DNA of 64,000 bases from positions 7,192,001 through 7,256,000 of the forward strand of contig OZ287755.1 of NCBI GenBank assembly GCA_965649765.1, given 5' to 3'. This DNA comes from Bispira polyomma (Eukaryota). Under the pieces are notes generated by a model that saw nothing but the letters and a program-made list of their open reading frames with translations, had not been told where the DNA came from and ran no database searches. A program made the position numbers and the translations under genes. Positions 36,441 to 48,872 of the stretch are shown here, in pieces (positions within the stretch are counted from its first letter, which is position 1; the number at the start of each line of letters is the position of its first letter).

Positions 36441-39400
36441 TTGGGCTTTGGGGCTTTATTTACATACATTATATACAAATAAAATATAATAATGCTTAAA
36501 TATAAATATTTTGGGGCCACCTTACCTTATACTAATTTAATCCTTTTACATCTTTACTAAATCTCTTTTGGCAACCTCAAATAAAATCTAAGGTTACCAT
36601 TTTTTCTTAAATTTAAACTCATTCTAAGGGTACCCTAACTTCAAGTTAGGGTACCCCTAAATTCAACCTTAAAAATTTCAATCTTTGGTAACCCTGACTT
36701 CCAAGTTGGGGCTACCCTTAACCTTAAACTCAATCTTAGGGAGCCCTAACTTTCAAGCTAGGGCTACCCCTTAAATTTTAAAAAATCCCTTTGGTCACTT
36801 TGGCCTGTTGTCCTCAGGCTAAGGTCACCTTAAACTCTTAACTTCTCCTAAACTCTTGGGGCTAAGGTGGCCCCTTACTACACAGTATGTAAATAATTAT
36901 TAGTGATAACATAGTAAAATTAAAGCTAATATCCCCAAAACCTACCTTTCTTGTTATTTTCCTGTGTTACACCACATATACAAGTTTACTTGGGTAGGGC
37001 ACTGTGCGGGGTAGCGCCGTAGGGGATAGCAAGTTCAGTGCTACTAGTATTTTCCTCCTTGGGTTCATGCCCTTTAAACCCTCTCCTAATTGGTTATTTG
37101 TGTACTAATTAACCTCTGTTTTCCCGCTTTTTAGCTAGAATCCTCACTTACACTTTTGAAGTCATGTAGACAACAACGCCATCTTTAATATTTTACATTA
37201 CCCACCCACTTGCCCCTCCTACTTCCTCGGTAGTTTTCAGCTATGCGTCCGTCCCTGGAGTGCTGCATGCAGTCCCTGGGGTTCCTGAAGTCTCACTTTA
37301 CACCTTGGCGCAGGGGGGTGGGGGCTCGGGGCTGTGGGCCCACGAGTTATGCATTACTGCTGGCCTTCACAGTTCCCCGCCCTTGGGGGCCTTCTGGGGC
37401 CTCAGGTGACTTATCTCCCATATTCTTCTGGGTAACACCAGGGCCCTTAGGGGCCAACACTTACTTGTAGGTAGCTGCTTGCTGCTGAGGTTGCGTCTCC
37501 TTTTGTTGTTATCAATTGTATGTTACTTTATTGTCTTCAGGGTGTTCCCTTTGTTGTATATCAAATTGATAATGTTGTCAAATGTCCTGCGTCAGGTAGC
37601 ACGATTTATACGTATATAGTATGTGAAGTCGCATCCTTTTTGTTCTTATAGTAGCATGTAAAGTATAACTAGTAATGTTGTTCCTCGTTACAACGAGGAC
37701 TGGATTTGTAAAATGTTTGTATTTCGCAACCTGGTGTGGTTGCTAGTATAACGTTACAATGCACTGCACATCATGTTGTGTGCAAGTGCATTTGGTAGCT
37801 TTGTGATCACATGTTGAACTGTAAGCATGTAGTTTCAGGCATACTGGATTGATGGATCTCTTGTGGCTCAGTCAGGAATGAACTCTATACAAGCAAGCAC
37901 TGCCCTCCTGGAAGACAAGAGCTACTCGATTTATATTTTGCTCATGTCTGTATGCATGTTCTCTGTAAGCCATGGTAATTGTATATGCTAGGGGTTTAAG
38001 GTCTAGTGAGTTTTTGCTACTCTCATGGACTTTATTAGTGAGCAGCACAGGTTTTAGTCTCTTAGCTAGTACCATGGTTTTTTTAACTTCGATTTTACCC
38101 TTTTTGGGGGCTTTATTTACATACATTATATACAAATAAAATATAATAATGCTTAAATATAAATATTTTGGGGCCACCTTACCTTATACTAATTTAATCC
38201 TTTTACATCTTTACTAAATCTCTTTTGGCAACCTCAAATAAAATCTAAGGTTACCATTTTTTCTTAAATTTAAACTCATTCTAAGGGTACCCTAACTTCA
38301 AGTTAGGGTACCCCTAAATTCAACCTTAAAAATTTCAATCTTTGGTAACCCTGACTTCCAAGTTGGGGCTACCCTTAACCTTAAACTCAATCTTAGGGAG
38401 CCCTAACTTTCAAGCTAGGGCTACCCCTTAAATTTTAAAAAATCTCTTTGGTCACTTTGGCCTGTTGTCCTCAGGCTAAGGTCACCTTAAACTCTTAACT
38501 TCTCCTAAACTCTTGGGGCTAAGGTGGCCCCTTACTACACAGTATGTAAATAATTATTAGTGATAACATAGTAAAATTAAAGCTAATATCCCCAAAACCT
38601 ACCTTTCTTGTTATTTTCCTGTGTTACACCACATATACAAGTTTACTTGGGTAGGGCACTGTGCTGCATAGAAAACTCATTTTCTACTTCACATCCTTAA
38701 TGCTAAAGAAGGACACATGTCTAGTTTTATTTCTCTTTTTCTAGATGAATTAAGGGATTACGTGGGCTTTTTGACAGTTTAACCCCAAGATGTTCATCAA
38801 ATGGTAGAAACAATAAATACCTCCAATTTTTGATTGATGGCCAAATAAGGGATGCTGGCCCAGATTGTTTTCGCTGTGAAGAAATGTGACCTCTTGGGAT
38901 TGTAAATGATTAAAAGGCAGAAATAAAAAAGTTTAGTGAGTTACTGTTTTATTATATAATGTCATTGTGTGTTGTGTGGTAAACAAATAAATAATGCCAA
39001 ACAAGGGATGTTGGCCCAAATTTGTTAACCAGATTTTGGAGTAACCTCAATATTATAAATATTTAGGGCATAATTTGTTTCCTGAAATTTGTTTTATTGG
39101 TTGTCGCTGTGTCACTTTGGTAGAGGTGTGTACTCTACTAATAAACACATCTAGTGTTAAAACAATGTCTAAAGTATCCGCATCTATATTGTATTTATCA
39201 ACATAAACAATAGTAGTAGTAATATCGTATATTTCAATCTCCTATTTTATCAACATTGCAAAGGTGGCCATCAAAGACTATATTTGCATTTCTATGGGTT
39301 TTAAGCCAGTTTCAACAGCTATGCTCATACTATGACGGCCAGGTTTTAGTAGTTGGAGAAAAAAGTTACTGAAGCACTGTAAACCACTGACCTACGACAA

Positions 39401-41962
39401 GTACCTGACAATCTTTCTCACACAAAGAAGGAATCTGTGGGATTTGATCACAAGATGTGAGAGACCGGTGACAAATTCAGTTGACAAAAAAAAGTAATAG
39501 CTTCGTAGCCAATCTTGGCTGCATATCCACCATTTTATTTACTAGATGCAAATGTAACTGTCTAGACTTGCACTAATATATTACCGTTAAGTATATATTT
39601 ACTGTCCTGCTTGTGATTTCTGGTATATTTTTACTTTAAAAAATCATGAAATATATAAACTGCCATGTCACCATTTTAATAATTGACGCTACAATATGCA
39701 CTATTCATCAATCAATTAATTCATCTGGAATTCCTTTCAACACACTTGTGTTATGCCGCCACATAAAAGACATGAGAAATAAATAAAACAAAACCAACAA
39801 GTTGGCTCCCATGCTCCATCCATCCACCAAAGGTCTTGTAAGTGGGTCAGGTATTTTTGGGTGTGCAATCTTCGTGACAAACACACATGTGGTGTAGGTA
39901 ATCGCTAGAAATAAATGAAGCGCAATCACTTTTTGAATTTTTACACCAGTGACACTATGAGTCTATATATAATATCTTTTATATTATATATACTACTATA
40001 TGACACAAACGCGTTAAAAGAGTTGTGAAACTGAAAATAACTTAAAGCCTACTAAAACCTTAACAAAATATATATAACTACTATGGTTATGGCTACGGTT
40101 GGTAAAATGTGGCTTTAACATAAATGATTTCCTCCGCCACGGAACGACTCATCGTAATGATGACACAAACATGTTAAAAAGAGAGGTGATACCCAAACTG
40201 AACTAAAACAAACTAGCAACTAGTTATTAGTAGTTGTTTACACACACAAGGGGGTATTATTATTTGGTCTTTTCCAAAATGTGATTATGGTTTTGTTTCT
40301 TTCAGCGGGCCGTGGCCATTAGTATATGACACTAAGGAGTGTCTGTTGGGGGTAATGGACCTTTTATGCACTGCCCAAATACACTATAAATATTGCGAGG
40401 TCATGAGTGGGAGGGGTTTGTTAATCGTAGGGTGATGTCATCGGGCTAAACAAGTGGATGTCGGATTGGGTTTCAGGAATAGGTTCATTACTGTTTTTTG
40501 TGTAAGCACAAGGGAAAAACATGACATGTGACTACTGTTGATAAATGTTAGTAAATGCTTTCTACTGTATAATAAGATATCACAACAGTGTTTTTGATTT
40601 GATTAGCTTTGGTTTGGAAATAAAGAGTGCTGCTTACATAACTATAAAATAAATCATTTTATTGCATGCCCCCTCCTTTGGTTTATATAGTTGAAAAGGT
40701 ACAAAAGTGTACCTTGAGGCATATGCACTATAGGCATTCTCCGAGAATGAGTGAAGACAACAATGTAATATCCCTTTTAATTTATTGCCTTTGTTCTACA
40801 TGTTGATACATTCCCTTTCATGATTACAACAGAATAGTTTATTGCTTTCCCAAACATATATATCACATAGACCCAAATTCGACAAGCATTAACAACAATT
40901 TTAGGCACAATGTTTAAAGACAACACTGTAACTTTTAATTTCTTGCATTTCTTAAAATTTGATATATTCCTTTACATGGTTATAATAGAATAGTTTATTA
41001 TTATAACATTAAATATATTATACTATAAAGTCATGTTTAAAACTCAAATATCATATACAAGTACATATAGAGATGTTGCTTTATTTACAATAGTAATTGC
41101 AGTAGGATTGGCATCTCACCATTCATTTTGAAGAGCAACTCAAATATGTATTATTGATATATAGGCTCAGACACAAAGATATATGCTATCACATATTTTG
41201 TAACTCTAAGATGTTTAGATAAATACTTTCCCACCCATAAATACATCTTTCTCTCTAAATAGATATATATAATTCCCATTGTCTGCAAAGATCAAGGACT
41301 TTTTGTCTTTTATGATTGATTTGTCTCCCATTGCTTACTAGACTGGAATCATTCAATTAACTGCTGGGTTAGCCAGGTGAATATTAGTTCACTGGAATAA
41401 ATCACTGCAGATAATAAGAGTAGTTTATCAAGGGGCTTGAGAGATAAATACTGGTTATTTTTGTGTATGATTTCTTTAACTAATCGACATCACACAATAT
41501 AATCTGCAGTAACAAAAACAACTATTGAATTGTGTGTCATGGTTGTCATGTTATATCTGATCACGTAATAGTTACATGCTAGATCATTCAAGCACCCCAA
41601 CCCCCCCCCCCCTCCCCTCCCCCACTCCCCCCAAAAAAAAATATTCTAAAAGTAACAGAATGACCTTCCTATAATTTTATGAACATGTGGCAGCTTACAA
41701 CTGACTGTTAATGCACATCCTTTGGCAAAAAAATCATCCAAATATATGTCTACTCTCTATGAACAGTACATTTTATACCTCACCATACTATTTGATTAGC
41801 ACACACAATAATACAGACCTTAAAAACCTGCTGCAAAGTGGATGATGGATTTGTTCAAGACTGCTAAATCTCTCTAGCGCCAGGGCATGGTGTAGCAATA
41901 AATATGTTGTAAATAAAATTAGATAAAGGCAACAGATAGGTTGGTGCTACAGACTGTTAAAC

Positions 41963-42221
41963 TTTGAATTTGAATTTGGATATTTAACGTCCACTCTAGT
42001 ACCTTTTAGTAGGTTATATTGGGACGGGTAGTTGGAAATGCTGGAGGAAACACTGCATACAGTGGGTCAAGGATCTGCAGAGAAACCAGAGGCCCACAGT
42101 AAGGAACTACCACCTTTCCCACATAGGCATCGACGGGATTCGAACTCACGCCGCCCAGAGGTGAGAGACCAGTGATTGTAAAGCACAATGCTTGCTAACC
42201 ACTAGGCCACCGCAGCCCCCC
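41963..42221 (-). mobile_element. tRNA-derived SINE (family 1) with 13-bp TSD
   Basis: Near-identical to 6787-7044. TSD cagactgttaaac 41950-41962 / cagaatgttaaac 42223-42235. Confidence 0.9.
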
Positions 42222-42309
42222 GCAGAATGTTAAACAAAGCACAATGTAATCATTACAAGACTATCTTTCAAGAGCATAGTCACAATGGGCATAAAAAGTG
42301 GTATGAAAC

Positions 42310-43130
42310 TGACTGATGAAGAAATTCTGAAACTGATAAAACATTCGCCAACCAAATCTTGTCCACTTTACTTGTTAAGGAGTGCATTGATATCCTTATT
42401 CGATAAAATCTCTTAGCTTGACAACCTATCACTGGTTGACAGTGCTTTCCCTGCTGTCTTTAAAAAGGTGGTAGTGACACCTCTCATTAACAAGCCATCA
42501 CTGCAAAAGTAATGTTTTAAAAACTATAAGTCAGTGTCTAGATTGAGTTTCGTATCAAATCTAATAGAAAGAGCTGTCGCTGAACAAATAATTGACCATC
42601 TGAATGCGAATGGTTGGTAAATTCATTCAATTGGCCCACAAGAGTGGCTGTTTCACTAAAACGGATTTAACACTTTGAAAATGAAATACACATTTTGTTT
42701 AAAGGTGAAACCTTAACATTGGTCCTGCTTGATCTGTGTGCTGCTATGACACAATTGATCACAGTACACTTCTTAATCTCTACTTCATATCTCTCAGATC
42801 GATTCTATGCAATTAAAATAGGCTCTGTCAGACTTGCTTAAGTTAGAGTTTGGTGTTCCATTTGGGGTTCAATTATATTTTCCTTATACAGAACAAGCCT
42901 CATTTGTGTTTTTGACAAGTCCTACTCAATCAAGTATAATTTCAATGCTGATAATACCAACTGTACGTTCAATGATTAAAAAAAAATCCGACTTCTATAT
43001 TCAACATCTTTAAAAAGCTTTCTTAATGATGATCACAAGTGGATGTTTAACAATAAGTTGAAACTCAACCAGGATAAAACACAATTCATTCTGTTTGACT
43101 CAAAGTCATAACATGAGAGTTTGGGACTGC
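42310..43130 (+). mobile_element. Degenerate L2/CR1 LINE RT fragment
   Basis: Colinear with the 62127-64000 ORF: PTKSC, AVVTPLI, NY..VS.LSF.S.LIER, LVLLDL.AA.DTIDHS.LL, FGVP, ADNTQ, KLKLN.DKT. Many stops. Confidence 0.85.
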
Positions 43131-43169
43131 CACAAAATATGATTGCTTTACGAAGATCTTTTGATTTAG

Positions 43170-43316
43170 TTCTGCACTAAAACCAGCGGCCTGCAGTAAG
43201 GAACTACCACCTTTCCCACATAGGCATCGACAGGATTCGAACTCACACAGCCCAGAGGTGAGAGACCAGTGATTGTGCAGCGTAATGCTTGCTAACCACT
43301 AGGCCACCGCGGCCCC
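43170..43316 (-). mobile_element. Truncated SINE (family 1, 5' half)
   Basis: Matches 6898-7044. Confidence 0.85.
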
Positions 43317-45246
43317 ACCTGAATAGTAAGAGGCTTTGCAAATATTGTGTTACAAAGATCATTTAATGCCTTGCAGGTCACTAACGTTTGTTGCTTTGTA
43401 AACAAATTGATCATCTAGAGCTGCTAACGTTTCTGTCAAATTTCTGATATATGATTACATTTCCTCTACCAGTAACCTACTTGTCATGATACGACACAAC
43501 ATGTGTTTAAAGAGACATTTAACCCAAACTAAACTTAACTTACAGGAAAATATCAACCCCTTTAGTAATTATTAAGTCATCATAGGTAGTTGTTTACACA
43601 CACAGGGGGAGCTGACATTTTTTTTCTTTTCCACAATGGTATTACAGTTTTCTTTCTTGCAGTGGGCAGTGATCATTAGTGTTGCATGGTAAAGGAATCT
43701 GTTGGAGGTAATGGACCTTATATTTACTGGTCAAACACTGAAGAATATGGTAAAGCGTTAAAAGGGTTGGTTACTCTTAGGATGATGTCATCTAGCTAGA
43801 AATGGTTCGGCACTGGTTTTGTGTGTGAGCACAAAACATGAAATTTGGCCAATGTTTGAAATGACACCATTTGTAGACTGAGAGATCAAAACAATTTAAT
43901 TATATATGAGCATAAGTTGGGAATTACATTGGGATTTGTTCTCCTTTTTCTATTACATATTGTAATCTTAGCCTAGAGCTGTTTTATTATATCTCCCTTT
44001 TTGTAAACATCTCATTTTGCAGACAGTAAAAAATTATCATAACGCAATTATAGGAATTCATTGTGAACATAAAACACTTGATATAACAGCAATAAAAAGC
44101 CTGGCGCTTGATGATTTGGTTTTTGTGTGGACATAAATATCCTTATAAATATATATGTAGTGGAACTGCAGCCGTTTAGGCACACCATAGAATGTAATGA
44201 TGAGTATATATTAGAAAAATATTAATACTTGAATATTATGGTATGGGAAAACAAATATATAAATATGTTTTATTTCAGCTATCTTTATTGTACACAAATA
44301 TAATACAGCATGTCCTATTTTGTGAGTTCAAGAAATTTTGATAAATCCTTGTTCCCACTGACACATATACAGATAACTCCCATTATGGGCAAAAAAACAA
44401 ACACACATTGCTTGTCATTGCTTGTTTCCTGACAGTAACTAGAATGGAATCACCCAATTAACTTGTTAACTAATTTATCATTAGTTCACTGGAAATTATC
44501 GTTGAATGTAAAAAAGTTTATCAAGGGACTGGAGGATAAATACTGGTTGTTTTTGTGTAAGTTATATATACATCACACAATATGATATGCAGCAACACAA
44601 CTATTGAATTGCTGTCATTGACGTCAACCTAGTGTTTAAAATAAGACTAATGTATCTACAGGTATATGATATTTGAGTTTAAGCAAGAATTTAAGATGCA
44701 ATGAGCCCACATGCACGCACAGCCGATGGTACTAATGCTTAACATTGTAGTTAGCCTTAGTCGAATTTTAGTTTTTATAATATATATTTAGAGTATAAAA
44801 GTGAACTATCATATTATAACTGTGAAAATGAATGTATTAAATTGTAAAAAAAAAATTAATTAATTAAAAGGGTTATTACATTCTAGTCTTTATTTATACT
44901 TAAAGAATTGATATTCAAATATGTTAATAAAATGAGGGAGAATGTAATCAACTGATTTATTTTATACCTTGAAGCGGTACTTTTTTTCTCACAAACCAAG
45001 GTAATAAAAATAAAAGCTTGTGGTGATCTCCTACTATACAGTAGAAGTCATTTACCAGGATTTGTCAACATTAGTCACATGTCATGTTATCCTCTTGTGC
45101 TTACACAAAAAACAGTAATGAACCTATCCCAGAAATACAATCCGGCATCTACTTGTTTAGCCCTATGATTAACCAAGCCCCCCCCCCCCCCCTCACCATC
45201 CCACAACATTATACAGTGTTTGGCCAGTATATAAAAGGTCCATTAC

Positions 45247-45290
45247 CTCCAACAGACTCGTCAGTGGCATTTACTAATGAGCACTGCCCA
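45247..45290 (-). pseudogene. Candidate 44-nt internal exon of the host gene family (GQCSLVNATDESVG)
   Basis: Minus strand ttgttttctctctttcag|...GTTGGAG|gtaatg. Paralogues at 30984-31027, 40306-40351, 43663-43707 and 57566-57609. Confidence 0.55.
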
Positions 45291-46227
45291 CTGAAAGAGA
45301 GAAAACAATAAGAATATTATGGAAGAAATCAAGTAATGTCCCCTCCAACTCTCTGTGTGTAAACACTTACCAATGGTGACTTATTATTGACCAGATGGAC
45401 TGATATTTTTTTGGTGTAGCTATAACTTGTCTTTAGTTTAGTTTGGGTATTATGTCTCTTTTTATTATTTATTTATTCATTCGTACACTAGGTACAATAT
45501 TATGTTTATACAAATGTGAAAAAATAACCAAAAAAAAAAAACGAATAAAGTAACATGTGCAGGAAAGAACCACATACAACTTAAACATTAACCTATGTAC
45601 ATAACACTGTGAATTGTCATATGTAAGTATATATTCAGTATATAATGGATTATTTCATTTCTTTCATGTTTTTAAAAAAAAAAGAGTTTGATTGCTCCTT
45701 CTTAAGTCTCGTATATTTCCTGAAACAGGTACATTTTGGTTGTAAATATTTTTTACACTAACATGGTTCAGTCACTATCTTAATTTTACTTGTTCTATAT
45801 AATATTCAGATACATAATTTAAGGTGTAACATGCCTTTGATTGGCTTCCATTTAAAGTTAGGGTAAGACTGTATACTATATATGACAATACTGATGTTAC
45901 TATCATTTGCATTTCTAAAAATTCCTAAAAAAATCTTAATGGAAAGATCATTTTTTACCCAAATGATTAGCAACTGACTTTGCTTCAACATATATCTTGT
46001 TATGATGTAAACCTTTTATAACATTATGTTTAGAATACACTAGGAGTTGGTAGTTTTTAACATTAAACATTACATCATACACTTTGCCAAAAGCATCAGC
46101 TATTTTAAGCATTTGTTTTTAACCGGACTGTTTTGATGCTATTAAAGCATTAATCCATTATCGGCGTACCCCAGTGCTTCTGCAAATGTACTTCCAATGT
46201 AACAACCTAATTTAACATTTAATTTAA

Positions 46228-46510
46228 CTCTTTCGACCCCTTAGGTTGCCTTGTAGTGGCTCCCAGAACCGATTTATATCATCAATCAGTCAACATCCCA
46301 AAAATATTACCCTATTATCCTCCAGTTCTTCAAAGTAGGACCTTGGTAGTAAAGCAGAACCACCAGTTTAATCAATTATACATGAGGCCGTTGCTGTATG
46401 CCAGAAGTAATCTGTGGTGTGTGTTGTAGTGACTCCAGCTATCTGTAACCTATTGTCCACAAAAATTTCCTTCGGTTCCTGGCAATAGTTTTCGCTTGCA
46501 GTCGAAAGGG
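46228..46510. mobile_element. piggyBac-type non-autonomous element (MITE)
   Basis: TTAA at 46224-46227 and 46511-46514; TIR c(t/c)ctttcgac. Confidence 0.8.
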
Positions 46511-48702
46511 TTAATTTTATTATATTATTACATGTACCCATACCTAGTACCTGCTGGTTGATCTGTCACCAGTATTACACAAAAAAGACCTACTTGCATG
46601 AACTTTTATTTAGGATGGAACATGAGAACATGGACATTTTGGGTTACATTTTGAAGTTGATTCATGTCAAATAGCAGATCAAGGCATTGTTTTCACTTTT
46701 TGGTACTGAGATGCCTGGATTAGGGTATACACTTTACATAACTATCCCCTGCTGTTGTACAAAAATTTAATAAAATATGTATAGCTGGGAATTGTTTCTT
46801 TCTCTGCCCTAATGCACGTTATGTTATCCAAGTTATACAATGCATAAAGACATTTTTTGAAGCGTCAACATTTTACCACATCTTATAAATAACTACTATG
46901 TTTTGTCTTTTTTGATATTTATTATATGTTAGGTCTGGTGCTAAAATTAGTGCAAGTTATTTATTTTGTCTATTATATTTTTTTGGTGTTTCATCTCCCA
47001 TTTGTTTCGTTATATCTATTTATCATGTCTTTTATTTATTCATTCCGTTTTTAGTATGTCCCGAAATTACACAAGTGTTTTGGCAGGGACGGTAATCTAT
47101 TTACTTAACTTAAGTTGTAAAAAAGAAGCTGGGCAATAAATATATACTTTATGGTAATATATCAGTGCAAGTTTAGACAGTTACATTTGCAGCTAGTACA
47201 TGAATTTGTGGATCTGCAGTCAAGATTGACTATAAAGCTAGTCAACTAACTTATGAGTTTAAAGGGAAAACTAACGGCTAAAAGTCCCAGGGTTCCAATT
47301 CATTTTTTTCAGTTGAAAGTCTAGAATTAATTTTTTGTAAGGAATGATCAATCTTAAATTAATCCAGGCTTAGGATGTCACTTAAGGGGAACTAGAACAT
47401 TAGTTGTTTAGCTGTGCTGTAGAAACTTAGTCGTTCTTAAATAATAAGTGTAAATGCTAAAGTTTTGCGTGTGTATGCATTTGATGATAAACTCGTTCAT
47501 TTATATACGCCTATATTGCGTTTCTCTGCACAGATGTATCCTCTTATGCAAAACCCAAAAATAAAAATAATAAAACAGGACTATATTGCTACCATGTATT
47601 ATAATTTTTTTATTTGAGCATAATATACTGAACTATAGTTACAGCCTTTGATGGCCAACTTTGATGATGTTCTGTGCTGGTTTTGGATAAAATGCGGAGA
47701 CTAAAATATCCATTACTATAATTGTCCATGTTGACAAAATATTTAAAATGAAAAAAAAAGAATATCTATGCTAAACTCGTGGATATACTTTGGACATTTT
47801 TTTTTAAACTAGAAGGCCTACCCACAGTTTAAGACTACATACCTCTTCCAACGTTGCAAAAAGTGAAACAAATTCCTGGAAATATACGCTGCCCTTCTAA
47901 TTTAGTAAGGTGATATGATATGATGATATGATAGATTTTTAAAATTGGATAGCAGGCATCTTCTAAAGTGCAACATCCTTGACAAAGTTGTCAAAACATA
48001 CTTCGTTTCCAATGCAAATAAGGTTGAGTTAAGAGGAAACAGAAAGTCTATTTCCTCTCTTAAGGTTATTAAAAGAAAGACAAGTAGCAAGGTAGGAGGG
48101 CTTTTGAGAGACAACAGCTTTGAATATGGTGACTTGGATTTTAAACAAAATTTGATAATGAATGGAAAGCCAATGCAATGCAATACAAGCCATGCAGGTA
48201 TGGAGGGACATGACTACTTATGTCCAGATAAAAAATGAAATGGATAGTTTTGAATAAACTGTAAATTATTAATGGGATGCTTTGTCACCCCAAATAGAAG
48301 GCAATTGCAGTAGTCAATGAAGCTACTTTCAGGGGAATTAGTCACATTAATAGCAGTATCAAGTGACAAGTGACTACTGATTCTCATCAAATGAGAAAAG
48401 GTAGTCAATAGTAACAGCAAAGTTCTTGACATTATTAGAAGGTTTTATATATTTGCCCAGTAGTGCAATGGGGAACTATGATATTAATGTCCAGGATCAG
48501 TACAGTGCCAAAAAAATATATCATTTCTGTCATTTTCTCTTCAATTTTTTTAAATCTCATGAGGTCCGAAATCTCTAAAAATAGATGGGCCAGCATTCCT
48601 TATTTGGCATTATTTATTTGTTTATCATACCATACCACACACAATGACATTATATAATAAAACAGTAACAGACTAAACTTTATTACTTCTGCCTATTCCC
48701 CT

Positions 48703-48872
48703 TCAATTAGTCACAATCCCAAGAGGTACCATTTCTTTGTAAGAATATACAACTGGGCCAGTATCCCTTATTTGGCCATCAATCAAAAATCGGTGGTATT
48801 TATTTTTTTTATCATTCAAAGAACATTTTGGGGTAATACTGTCACAAATCCCTATGTAATCCCCTTTGTCAT
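48703..48872 (-). pseudogene. Candidate terminal coding exon of the host gene family (DDKGDYIGICDSITPKCSLNDKKNKYHRFLIDGQIRDTGPVVYSYKEMVPLGIVTN*)
   Basis: Open from a tttctag acceptor (phase 1) to TGA. The same acceptor precedes paralogues at ~15559, 27162, 29063 and 38745, which carry indels or stops. Confidence 0.45.

Larger units (their letters stand above)
31531..38664 (+). mobile_element. Full-length Ngaro-like retrotransposon El3 with split direct repeats A1-gag-pol-YR-B1A2-C-B2
   Basis: A1 31531-31726 = A2 37005-37200 (1 mismatch). B1 36450-37007 = B2 38107-38664 (1 mismatch seen). Flanks rejoin to match the empty paralogue at 28961-29030. Confidence 0.97.

Noticed and set aside
37243-37470. 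Extra cargo ORF in the El3 A2-B2 spacer
   Set aside because: 75 aa of low-complexity GC-driven sequence with no counterpart in the El1 spacer.
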